A stretch of 15,515 nucleotides of DNA from Leptospirales bacterium. Its GTDB lineage: Bacteria; Spirochaetota; Leptospiria; Turneriellales; JAOUFE01. Below the pieces are notes generated by a model. It worked only from the letters and a program-made list of their open reading frames with translations, had not been told where the DNA came from and made no database searches. The stretch spans positions 1-15,515 of the forward strand of contig JBEQLE010000042.1 in NCBI GenBank assembly GCA_040326155.1, in the 5' to 3' direction. Shown piece by piece: positions 7,635 to 15,515 of the stretch (the first letter of the stretch is position 1; the number at the start of each line of letters is the position of its first letter). A program made the position numbers and the translations under genes.

Positions 7635-8480
7635 ATGAAGCTTGTTTTCAATGACGAACTTTACCGCAATTACGCAAAGCTTATCTACCAAAAAACCGGT
7701 ATTGTTTTAAACGATAACAAACAAACCATGCTTTCACAGCGTCTCAGACGCCGCATAAAAGAACTTCGCCTACATAGTTTTGAAGAGTATTGGGAATATT
7801 TAAAAAGCGCTGAGGGTGAAACCTCCGAAATGGAGTATTTTCTAGACGCAATTACAACCAATGAAACCTATTTTCAAAGAGGCGATCGACACTACAAAGT
7901 ATTGATCAACCATATATTACCAAAACTATCTTCAGCCGGAATAAACAATTTAACAATCTGGTCTTGCGGAACCGCCACCGGTGAAGAGGCGTATGATCTT
8001 GCCATGATCGCCTGGGATTATATGGAAAAAAACCCCTCTGTACAAATTGAGATAAAAGCCACAGACCTTTCAGGTACAGCGCTCGAATTTGCCCGCTACG
8101 GTGAATATGCAGATCGAAAAATTTCTAAACTAACCAATTACCAGAGAGAAAAATTTTTTTCACCGGTGGTGCAAAAAAGTATCCGCCACCCTTTTGCTAG
8201 AGATCTTTTACAAGTAAAAGTATTTCTGAAAGAAATTATAACCTTTTCAAAACATAACCTGGTTATAGAGCCCTATTTTAGTAATGTACACATTCTTTTT
8301 TGCCGAAATGTAATGATATATTTCGATACTCAAACACGAGATAGAGTGGTTGAAAACTTTGCCCATAGTTTACATCCAGATGGTTACTTACTTGTAGGCC
8401 ACGCAGAGTCTTTGCACTTGCTCGACACCGAGTTAAAACATATACGCTATGACAATACGACAATTTATCAGCGAAATTGA
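7635..8480 (+). CDS. cheR: Chemotaxis protein-glutamate O-methyltransferase CheR
   Basis: Motifs KTGI, RLRRR, ITTNETYFQR, IWSCGTATGEEAY, IKATDLS, HNL, ILFCRNVMIYFD and GYLLVGHAESL. Confidence 0.95.
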   Translation: MKLVFNDELYRNYAKLIYQKTGIVLNDNKQTMLSQRLRRRIKELRLHSFEEYWEYLKSAEGETSEMEYFLDAITTNETYFQRGDRHYKVLINHILPKLSSAGINNLTIWSCGTATGEEAYDLAMIAWDYMEKNPSVQIEIKATDLSGTALEFARYGEYADRKISKLTNYQREKFFSPVVQKSIRHPFARDLLQVKVFLKEIITFSKHNLVIEPYFSNVHILFCRNVMIYFDTQTRDRVVENFAHSLHPDGYLLVGHAESLHLLDTELKHIRYDNTTIYQRN

Positions 8481-8985
8481 CGCAAAATATGGACCAAAAC
8501 CTATACACGTAGGTGTATCAGATCTCGCCTTCAGTGACGGGAAACACGAACTGAAAACTACCCTTGGCTCCTGTGTAGCCGTAATTCTTTTTACCAAAAA
8601 AAAAGGTGAAGATTGCAGCATGTCACACTACCTTCTTCCGGCTGGCAATGGAGATCGCCCCACTACCGATCGAGATCGACATAAATACGGGGACCTGATT
8701 ATACCCGAACAGATTCAAAAAATGTATAATATTTTTGGCAACTCCGCTAAGTTATACGCTAAAATTACAGGCGGCTCAAAACTATTAAACGACACACAAA
8801 ACCCTATCATTTCGAAAATCGGCGCCAAAAATATTGAAATAGCAAAAACACTTTTACGGGCTAACAACATCGAAATTATTTCAGAACATGTTGGCGGACA
8901 AACTGCCAGAGCCGTCCGATTTTTTCCAGAAACAAACTCCCTCTGGATATATGAATTTCAATCGAAAAAAGAATTTCTGATTTAG
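8449..8985 (+). CDS. cheD: Chemoreceptor glutamine deamidase CheD
   Basis: Motifs TTLGSCVAV (catalytic Cys), MSHYLLP (His), KYGD, AKITGGS, IGAKN and HVGGQTARAVRF. Overlaps the end of cheR by 32 nt; start codon uncertain. Confidence 0.92.
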   Translation: MTIRQFISEIDAKYGPKPIHVGVSDLAFSDGKHELKTTLGSCVAVILFTKKKGEDCSMSHYLLPAGNGDRPTTDRDRHKYGDLIIPEQIQKMYNIFGNSAKLYAKITGGSKLLNDTQNPIISKIGAKNIEIAKTLLRANNIEIISEHVGGQTARAVRFFPETNSLWIYEFQSKKEFLI

Positions 8986-9012
8986 GTGCAAACCGGGACA
9001 AATATAAAAAGT

Positions 9013-9250
9013 TGTAAGGAATACAGGAAGTTATAAGGAAGGCAGGAATTACAGGAATACAGGAAAATATAAGGGAAAAATAAAGAGAAGAATTAGATAG
9101 ACAGGATAAGATATTTTGAATTTGAAAATTTATAAAATAGATAATTTACTTTTTATAGGAAGCCGAATCTAAAAAAAAACAACTCGATCTTTTCTTAATC
9201 ATGTCAATCCTGTTAATCCTGTCTATTCTCTTTTCCTGCATTCCTTGCAA
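9013..9250. repeat. Long imperfect inverted repeat built from short AGGAA / ACAGGAT units between convergent cheD and hisA
   Basis: Left arm contains AGGAATACAGGAAAA and ATAGACAGGAT. Right arm contains AATCATGTC-AATCCTGTT-AATCCTGTC-TATTCTCTTTTCCTGCATTCCT, whose reverse complement is AGGAATGCAGGAAAAGAGAATAGACAGGATT. Confidence 0.75.
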
Positions 9251-9263
9251 AACTCTCTCTACT

Positions 9264-9992
9264 TTACGAAATATTCTTGATATCGTCCAGAGTCACATGA
9301 TTTTCATAGAACGCGCGTCCTAATATAATCCCTGTAACTGTTTTCATTTTCGGAAAATCGGTCATGTCTTTCACCGAAGAGACACCACCTGAGACTGTCA
9401 CTGAAATGTCCGTGAATCTGTCGTCAATTTCCTGGTACAGTTCAATGTCCGGGCCATTTAACATTCCGTCTCTTTTAATCTGGGTAATTAAAAAACTGGT
9501 AATGCCTGAATCTTTCATCTCTTGAATAAACGAAAAAATATCCTGCCCGGTTTCTTCTTGCCAGCCTGAAATTTTTACTTCGCGATCCCAGACATCTACG
9601 GTGAGTAATATTTGTGCAGCATATTTTTTTTGTATTAAAACAAATTCTTCCCGATTTTTAAACGGTAAAGAGCCGATCATGACCTGGTCCGTATCGAGTT
9701 GTAAACCCGCCTCAAATAAAGCGTCCACATCGGCTAAAAAGCGCACTCCCCCGCCGGCTTCTATGGCCACACCGGTTTGGGTTCGTATTTGACCAAACAA
9801 AGAAGCATGAACCGGACTACCCAATTTTGCGCCGCTTAAATCTACCAGGTGAATTTTTTTTACACCGGCTTGTTGAAACCGTTTTGCTGTTTCTAAAGGG
9901 TCATCCGAATAGACTGTTTTTCGATTGTAGTCGCCTTGTGTCAACCGCACGACTTCAGAGTCAATAATATCCATAGCGGGTATAACAAGCAT
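9264..9992 (-). CDS. hisA: ProFAR isomerase HisA
   Basis: Motifs VIPAMDI...VVRLTQGDY, IHLVDLSGA, GGGVR, SGW, RDGMLNGPD, SGGVSS and GIILGRAFYE. Start overlaps the hisH stop (TAATG). Confidence 0.97.
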   Translation of the reverse strand: MLVIPAMDIIDSEVVRLTQGDYNRKTVYSDDPLETAKRFQQAGVKKIHLVDLSGAKLGSPVHASLFGQIRTQTGVAIEAGGGVRFLADVDALFEAGLQLDTDQVMIGSLPFKNREEFVLIQKKYAAQILLTVDVWDREVKISGWQEETGQDIFSFIQEMKDSGITSFLITQIKRDGMLNGPDIELYQEIDDRFTDISVTVSGGVSSVKDMTDFPKMKTVTGIILGRAFYENHVTLDDIKNIS

Positions 9993-10633
9993 TAAAAGTT
10001 CTCCAGAAAATTAGAAATCAGTTGTAACCCGGCTGTGTGAGATTTCTCGGGATGAAATTGAACTCCCACTACGTTATCTTTTTCTACGACAGCTGTAAAT
10101 TCTCCGCCATAATTACAAACGCCGACAGCGTCTTTGTGAGTACCCGCATGTCGAAAGCTATGAACAAAATAAAAATACTCATCTTCGCGTATATTTTGAA
10201 GTATTTTAGAATCGCGTGTTTTGTGCAACGTATTCCAGCCCATGTGCGGTATCGAAAGTTCCGTAGAAGTAAACCGGCTAATCTCTCCAGGAAAAACCCC
10301 AAAGCCGGTCTCGGCTGTCTTATACTCTTGCGACATATCGAACAAAACCTGGAAACCAATACAGACACCGAACACAGGTTTGCCTGTTTTAATAAATTCA
10401 CAAATGGGTTCGTAAAATTCAGATAATTTTATATTTTCCATAGCGCGTCCGAAAGCCCCGTCGCCTGGAATTAACAACGCATCTGCGCCGGATATTTTTT
10501 CGGGAGTGGTTACTACATCTACGGTTGCCCCGACATGTTCAAAGGCTTTTTGTAGAGAACGAATGTTCCCCATGCCAAAATCAAGTTCTACAATTTTTTT
10601 TTTAACTCTGCGAACCGATGTACCTGGGTTCAT
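9992..10633 (-). CDS. hisH: Imidazole glycerol phosphate synthase glutaminase subunit HisH
   Basis: Motifs DFGMGNIRS, PGDGAF, GVCIGFQ (Cys nucleophile), IPHMGWN, FYFVHSF and GVQFHPEKS. Start overlaps the hisB stop (TAATG). Confidence 0.98.
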   Translation of the reverse strand: MNPGTSVRRVKKKIVELDFGMGNIRSLQKAFEHVGATVDVVTTPEKISGADALLIPGDGAFGRAMENIKLSEFYEPICEFIKTGKPVFGVCIGFQVLFDMSQEYKTAETGFGVFPGEISRFTSTELSIPHMGWNTLHKTRDSKILQNIREDEYFYFVHSFRHAGTHKDAVGVCNYGGEFTAVVEKDNVVGVQFHPEKSHTAGLQLISNFLENF

Positions 10634-11229
10634 TAAATGACCCCTTTCGTAGAAGGTATCTCGTCGCCACGGCGAGGGTCAATTTCTACAGCTTGCCGAA
10701 TAGCAAGCCCCAGGGCTTTAAAAATAGACTCATGTATATGATGACGATTTTCCCCATAAAGCACACGTATATGAAGATTCATACAAGCGCTCATTGCGAG
10801 TTTTTGTAAAAACTCTTCGGTAAGTTCCGAATCATAAATTCCAAACGCAGGCAACTCTTTCAAAGACGGACCTTTGTATACAAAAAAGGAGCGGCCGCTA
10901 AAATCAACGACAGCCTGAGTTAATACCTCATCCATTGGCAGGGTGAAATTACCAAAACGATGTATACCTCTTTTATCAGCTAAAGCCCGGCGTAATAATT
11001 CGCCTAAAACAATCGCGGTATCTTCAACAGTGTGATGACCGTCAATTTCAATATCCCCATCGACTTGCATGTCGATATCGATCATGGAATAGCGGGTCAA
11101 ATGAGTAAGCATGTGGTCGAAAAAAGGAATGGGAGTATTTCCGTTCAGGTTTCCTTTACCGTCCAGGTTAACACGCATTTTTATTTGCGTCTCTTTTGTT
11201 TTTCGTTCCGAACTGGCAATTCTTTCCAT
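10633..11229 (-). CDS. hisB: Imidazoleglycerol-phosphate dehydratase (monofunctional HisB)
   Basis: Motifs RKTKETQI, FFDHML, DGHHTVED, PMDE, NRHHIHESIFKA and IPSTKG. No N-terminal HAD phosphatase domain. Confidence 0.98.
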   Translation of the reverse strand: MERIASSERKTKETQIKMRVNLDGKGNLNGNTPIPFFDHMLTHLTRYSMIDIDMQVDGDIEIDGHHTVEDTAIVLGELLRRALADKRGIHRFGNFTLPMDEVLTQAVVDFSGRSFFVYKGPSLKELPAFGIYDSELTEEFLQKLAMSACMNLHIRVLYGENRHHIHESIFKALGLAIRQAVEIDPRRGDEIPSTKGVI

Positions 11230-11251
11230 AAAATATTTTAACGCTATACAA

Positions 11252-12499
11252 TCATTGATCTTGCATTTCTGTCAGTTCTTTCTGAGAGACGCCAAGCAAG
11301 TATAATACAGAATCTAAACCCGGCTGAGAAATAAAAGCTCTCGCCTGATCTCGAACCGTGGGTTTCGCATTAAAAGCGATTCCTAAACCGGCAGCCTCAA
11401 GCATGTCAAGGTCATTCGCTCCGTCCCCAATAGCAACGGTCTGGTCTAATGGTATTTTTTCCTGGCGAGCCAGCTCTTTTAAAATTTCGGCTTTTTTGGA
11501 GCGATCTACGATCTCCCCTTTTATTTCACCAGTAAGTTTGTCATCTTCAATTTCAAATTGATTTGCAAAACTATAGTCAAGCCCGAGTCTTTCACGCAAG
11601 TGTTCGGTGAAATATAAAAATCCACCTGAAACAATGGCAATTTTAAAACCCATTTTTTTAAGTACTTTTAATAATACATCAACGCCGGGAGTAAGTTCAA
11701 TTTTATTTAAAACCTGTTTCAGAGCAGTTGTCGGCAATCCTTTTAAAAGCCCCACCCTTTCTCTGAGCGATTCACTGAAGTCAAGTTCTCCCTGCATCGC
11801 TCGCAAGGTAATATCGGAAACTTTATCTTTTACCCCTGCGACTTCTGCCAACTCATCGATCACCTCTTGCTGTATCAGGGTCGAGTCCATATCCATTACA
11901 ATTAACCGTTTGGAACGTCTATATAGGTTCTCCGGTTGAATGGCAAGATCGAAATTATTTTTAAAAGCGACTCGAAATAATAGTCTTTTCAGACTGGCCA
12001 GATCGGTATGGTCTTTTTGAACTCCGAGTATAAATTCAATAGCTTGAATATTACCCTGGGCAAGACGGTTCATCCGTTCAATATTGATATCCCCTTCACC
12101 AAGAGCTTCAGCCAGAGCATGAAAAGAGGCAATGGAAAATTTGGGAGATAATACGGTTAATGCAAAACTTTTTCTCGACTCATCGCGTACAAGTTCTCCT
12201 TCTTGCAATACAAAAAAGTCCAGGTTCATGTTCGTCTCTCTTGCTGTAGATGAGATACCTTTTAAAAGTCCCAGCCCTACATGAGCGGGAACGTTAATTA
12301 ACATGGATAGACTAAGTTGCCCGAGACTGGTAGTCTGCTGTACATCGAGAAGCGGTATGTCCCAGTCTTTTAATATATTGGTAAGTTTACTTAAAACACC
12401 AGGGTAATCAAAACCGGTTATATGCAAAAGCACGTTTTCCGATTTTATTGCATCGCAAACTCTGCAGGAACTATCATTTGGAATATGAATATGTGGCAC
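11252..12499 (-). CDS. serB: Phosphoserine phosphatase SerB with two ACT domains
   Basis: ACT start ITGFDYPGVLS. HAD motifs DMDSTLIQQEVIDELA, ITLRAMQGELDF, VSGGF and AIGDGANDLDML..AGLGIAFNAKP. Start reassigned to GTG 12499 (GAGG SD upstream, 1 nt after the bamA stop) rather than TTG 12607, which lies inside bamA; gives 415 aa. Confidence 0.93.
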   Translation of the reverse strand: MPHIHIPNDSSCRVCDAIKSENVLLHITGFDYPGVLSKLTNILKDWDIPLLDVQQTTSLGQLSLSMLINVPAHVGLGLLKGISSTARETNMNLDFFVLQEGELVRDESRKSFALTVLSPKFSIASFHALAEALGEGDINIERMNRLAQGNIQAIEFILGVQKDHTDLASLKRLLFRVAFKNNFDLAIQPENLYRRSKRLIVMDMDSTLIQQEVIDELAEVAGVKDKVSDITLRAMQGELDFSESLRERVGLLKGLPTTALKQVLNKIELTPGVDVLLKVLKKMGFKIAIVSGGFLYFTEHLRERLGLDYSFANQFEIEDDKLTGEIKGEIVDRSKKAEILKELARQEKIPLDQTVAIGDGANDLDMLEAAGLGIAFNAKPTVRDQARAFISQPGLDSVLYLLGVSQKELTEMQDQ

Positions 12500-12500
12500 T

Positions 12501-15191
12501 TTAAAACCTCTTATCTCCGATACCAAAAACGAATTCAAAATCTTTTTTACCCGGAGGGGGTGTAAACCCGTTTTGATCACTATCCCACATAAGTCTTTGT
12601 CCGACAAAAAATCGAAGCGGCATCATCGCTACATTTAAACGAAGACCAAAACCCCAGGAATATAAATAGTAATTCATATTAAATACATGCTCACTGTTTA
12701 GCTTCGTTGCTTTCAACGCTTTCACATAGTAGTCTGGAGTGGAAGAATCAATATAATATTGATTCAGATCATTAAAAAGAGCTCCCATATCAAAGAAGAT
12801 AACGGCCCAGAATAGATTTGGTTCAATAGGTAATCGAAGCTCAGTGCCCAAAAGCAGACGGTGAGAACCCCCATCTTGCCAGCCATCTGGAAAAAGGGGA
12901 TCATTTAAAGGCAACCAACCACGTAAAGATTCATAACCCCCGATAAACAGCCGGTCATAGTTTTCAATATAAGGGTTGTTATACTTGTTCTGAGAGCCAT
13001 AAGCAGGGGCAGTTTGCTGGGTAAAAGACGCAGACAGGCGATGTTCAAAAACAATGCGGTAACGTCTTAAAATATTTTTACGAATTAAATTAAAAAAGGT
13101 GTAATCAAGCGGCCACCAGTAAAATTGCAAAGAGCCGGAATAACGATTGTAATGATCTTCCCCTCCAAAAATACTTCCGACGAAGTCGACAGAAAAGTCC
13201 ATTGTAAGACCTTGGGTAGGGTTAAATGCATTGTCACGATTATCGAAAAGGATACCGTTACTGAATTTATTTTGTAACTGCCAACCACGTCGCTCCAGAA
13301 TATAAGCTTCATCGGTTGCCAGACTCGAAGGAGACGATACATTTGAAAAAGTTGGACTGAAACCATGATAGTGTTGCCAGTTGACACCTAGACGGTGACC
13401 GACTCGAACATTTACACCGGTCCGGTCATAATAGTAATACGTTTCGAAATCTTTGTAACCTGAAATGTTAATTGAGTGAGAAAACCTTTTTACATGATTG
13501 TAAAATGCGCCCAGAGTCAATGACCATGGAACATTAAGCATCCAGGGTTCTGTCCACGAAACATCAACCCCGACCTCATTTAACCCAAATTGCAATTTTC
13601 CACGTATTTTCTGCCCGGTTCCATTCAGATTATTTTCGGAAATTTCAGTAAATATAGAAAAACCGGTAAGAGAGGAAAAACCGCCGCCAAGACTAAGCGT
13701 ACCGGTTAGTTGTTCTTCAACTTCTATAAGAAGATTCATGGTTCCCGGCATCCCGCCAGGTCGAGCGTTCAAATTGACTGCGCTGAAATAGCCAAGATTA
13801 AAAATTTTCTCTCGTGACCTTTGTACAAGTTCTGCGTTAAATAGTTCACCGGGTTTAATTAAAAACTCACGGCGAATTACAATATCTTTGGTTTTTTCAT
13901 TTCCTTTTATAATTATACTTTCAATATAACCTTTCTCACCTTCATAAATAACGAGCTTAGTATGAATAAAATCTTTTCCGCGCTTTTCGGGCTGCTTTTC
14001 ATATACTTTTCGAAGTCGTTTGATATTGTAGTAGTCAATTTCTTCTTTTAAATATGCTTGTTGAAGGGGCGATTTTTCAAGTTTATCGATTTCTTCTACG
14101 GTCAAAGGGATAATAGTTTGCTCTGGTACAATTCGAGCAAATATATACCCTTTTTCAGAATATTTCAGATTGATTAAGGACCGGTCGCGAAAATATTTTT
14201 CATCGTCAAATGCATCGCCTATATCACCAGGGGAAAATTCTACCTGTTTTAAAAGTTCTTTCTTATCAAAAAGAGGCTTTTCATTTTCGTTTGCCAAAGT
14301 GCCGGTGTCCCATTCAATATTATAGCCATTAAAAAAAGACTGTTCGCCTTCTTTTACTCGAATATTAACAACAACCACCCGTTTTGTTTTTTCTTTGGGG
14401 TTATCCCATTTCATATCCCAGGTGGCTTCCAGCAAAGCAGCTTCTAAATAACCTTTTGATCGATAATAGCGTATTATTTTTTCTTGATCGGCCTTAAATG
14501 TATGTATTGAAAAAACAGCCGGGTTTGCAAAAGTTTTCTCTTCCATATCCATTTGTTTATAAAGCTCTTCAGTCTCTATTGCGGATGCACCAAATATATT
14601 GATTTTAGATAAAATCAACTCTTCACCTTCATCAATTAAAAATATAACTTCAAGAGCATTTTTTCTTTTAAGACTTTTTATTGTCTTAACCCGTATCGAA
14701 GTATTTAGATAACCTTTAGCTCGATAATGGCGATAAAGAAGATCAACACCTCGCATAACAAGTTGCTCTTCATAAACTCGATTAATTTTAACGGGTATCA
14801 TATCGAGTAATTCACTTTCGGTAAGTTCCTCCACCCCTTTCAATACAACTTTATCTATTACAGGCCTTTCTTCGATAATAAAAATGAGCTTAACCCCTTT
14901 TTTATAATCTTCACCCTCTACGCGAACGTTTTTAATATATTCATGCTCAAATAACAGACGAATATCTTTATCCAGCATACCGGGTTCCAAAACGATACCG
15001 GCTTTTACATGAATTGTATCTAAAATCTGTTTATCTGTAACGTTCTCATTTCCCTCAATATCAATTCTAGTGATCTTTTTTCCGTAAAACCTGTCACCTT
15101 TAGAATATATCGCTTCCTGATACCATACCAAAGAGGTAAGCACTAAACTGATAATGATGGGAAATACAGGTATCTTGCGATAGTTAAACAT
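12501..15191 (-). CDS. bamA: Outer-membrane protein assembly factor BamA
   Basis: Signal peptide from ATG 15191 (MFNYRKIPVFPIIISLVL), five POTRA-like units ending IIIKGNEKTKDIVIRRE...IFNLGYFS, barrel start TGTLSLGGGFSS...ENNLNGTGQ, loop-6 GGYESLRGW, and a C-terminal Phe (FVFGIGDKRF). Confidence 0.96.
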   Translation of the reverse strand: MFNYRKIPVFPIIISLVLTSLVWYQEAIYSKGDRFYGKKITRIDIEGNENVTDKQILDTIHVKAGIVLEPGMLDKDIRLLFEHEYIKNVRVEGEDYKKGVKLIFIIEERPVIDKVVLKGVEELTESELLDMIPVKINRVYEEQLVMRGVDLLYRHYRAKGYLNTSIRVKTIKSLKRKNALEVIFLIDEGEELILSKINIFGASAIETEELYKQMDMEEKTFANPAVFSIHTFKADQEKIIRYYRSKGYLEAALLEATWDMKWDNPKEKTKRVVVVNIRVKEGEQSFFNGYNIEWDTGTLANENEKPLFDKKELLKQVEFSPGDIGDAFDDEKYFRDRSLINLKYSEKGYIFARIVPEQTIIPLTVEEIDKLEKSPLQQAYLKEEIDYYNIKRLRKVYEKQPEKRGKDFIHTKLVIYEGEKGYIESIIIKGNEKTKDIVIRREFLIKPGELFNAELVQRSREKIFNLGYFSAVNLNARPGGMPGTMNLLIEVEEQLTGTLSLGGGFSSLTGFSIFTEISENNLNGTGQKIRGKLQFGLNEVGVDVSWTEPWMLNVPWSLTLGAFYNHVKRFSHSINISGYKDFETYYYYDRTGVNVRVGHRLGVNWQHYHGFSPTFSNVSSPSSLATDEAYILERRGWQLQNKFSNGILFDNRDNAFNPTQGLTMDFSVDFVGSIFGGEDHYNRYSGSLQFYWWPLDYTFFNLIRKNILRRYRIVFEHRLSASFTQQTAPAYGSQNKYNNPYIENYDRLFIGGYESLRGWLPLNDPLFPDGWQDGGSHRLLLGTELRLPIEPNLFWAVIFFDMGALFNDLNQYYIDSSTPDYYVKALKATKLNSEHVFNMNYYLYSWGFGLRLNVAMMPLRFFVGQRLMWDSDQNGFTPPPGKKDFEFVFGIGDKRF

Positions 15192-15364
15192 ATCCGGTCT
15201 GCATAATTTCTCTGGAGGCAGTGTCAAGTTGAATAGTTCACGGCCTTACAAGGCCAAAATTCAACAAAATGATGGTCAAAAAATCCAAACCCGGGGTTAA
15301 GCGAAAAATCTTTTTTGCCACGAAAGACACTGATTTCTAAACAAATAGTAAAAAAATTTGCAGC

Positions 15365-15414
15365 GGAAGGAGGTTGATATTTTTCCGATGGGGAAAAAAC
15401 CATCTCCCCCTTCC
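15365..15414. repeat. Dispersed hairpin repeat, copy 2
   Basis: GGAAGGAGGTTGATATTTTTCC-GATG-GGGAAAAAACCATCTCCCCCTTCC, with outer GGAAGG/CCTTCC and inner TTTTCC/GGAAAA pairing. The 18-bp core is identical to 1014-1031. Confidence 0.7.
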
Positions 15415-15472
15415 AAAACCGAAGGCCTTTTTGACGAAAATCGAACGGAGCTAGAACGATACCACGAAGCGG

Positions 15473-15500
15473 GTTTTCAAAAACCACGCTTTTTGAAAAC
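15473..15500. other. Perfect 11-bp stem-loop GTTTTCAAAAA-CCACGC-TTTTTGAAAAC
   Basis: Read directly from the sequence upstream of bamA. Function unknown: terminator, protein-binding site or part of a repeat element. Confidence 0.55.
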
Positions 15501-15515
15501 AAATAACTTTAAACT

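Noticed and set aside
9013..9250. Possible CRISPR array in the repetitive interval
   Set aside because: Units are 5-9 bp, degenerate and inverted, with no constant 23-47-bp repeat or unique spacers; no cas genes are present.
3061..11939. Short antisense or alternate-frame ORFs inside secA, the SH3 gene, secG, cheR/D, the his genes and serB (similar ones at 213..455, 2274..2456 and 13085..13387)
   Set aside because: Shadow frames of well-supported genes, with no independent evidence.
12500..12607. Longer serB start (TTG 12607) overlapping bamA by 107 nt
   Set aside because: GTG 12499 has a GAGG SD and abuts the bamA stop; the extra 36 residues look like alternate-frame bamA sequence.
15192..15227. 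TTG 15227 as the bamA start, or TTGACA-N16-TATGCA as a leaderless promoter
   Set aside because: ATG 15191 gives a proper signal peptide. The TTG is part of a TTGACA hexamer, but the matching -10 is too weak to call a promoter.
15224..15502. 92-aa minus-strand ORF
   Set aside because: Spans hairpin repeats and homopolymer runs, is Phe-rich and has no domain signature.

Overview
AT-rich bacterial chromosomal segment, most consistent with a Leptospiraceae-like spirochaete. This is inferred from the SecA tail ending in a basic GGxxxRKxSRKK stretch with no Cys zinc finger, the expanded BamA and the spirochaete-style lipoboxes. Housekeeping core: secA (-), secG-cheR-cheD (+) and a tightly coupled bamA-serB-hisB-hisH-hisA run (-). 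Accessory content on the left: the 5' end of an IS1182/IS5-type transposase missing from the ORF track, which appears to truncate a membrane-protein gene that also looks frameshifted near its start; a 7-blade kelch lipoprotein bracketed by short direct repeats; a small hypothetical gene; a probably truncated exported-protein gene; and an SH3 lipoprotein. The intergenic DNA holds a dispersed ~55-bp hairpin repeat in two copies 14.4 kb apart and a ~240-bp nested inverted-repeat region between cheD and hisA. No rRNA, tRNA or CRISPR array was seen, and no clear-cut new multi-gene system. The best leads are the SerB with an HxH/CxxC N-terminal extension sitting directly before hisBHA, the repeat families, and the IS-disrupted gene.
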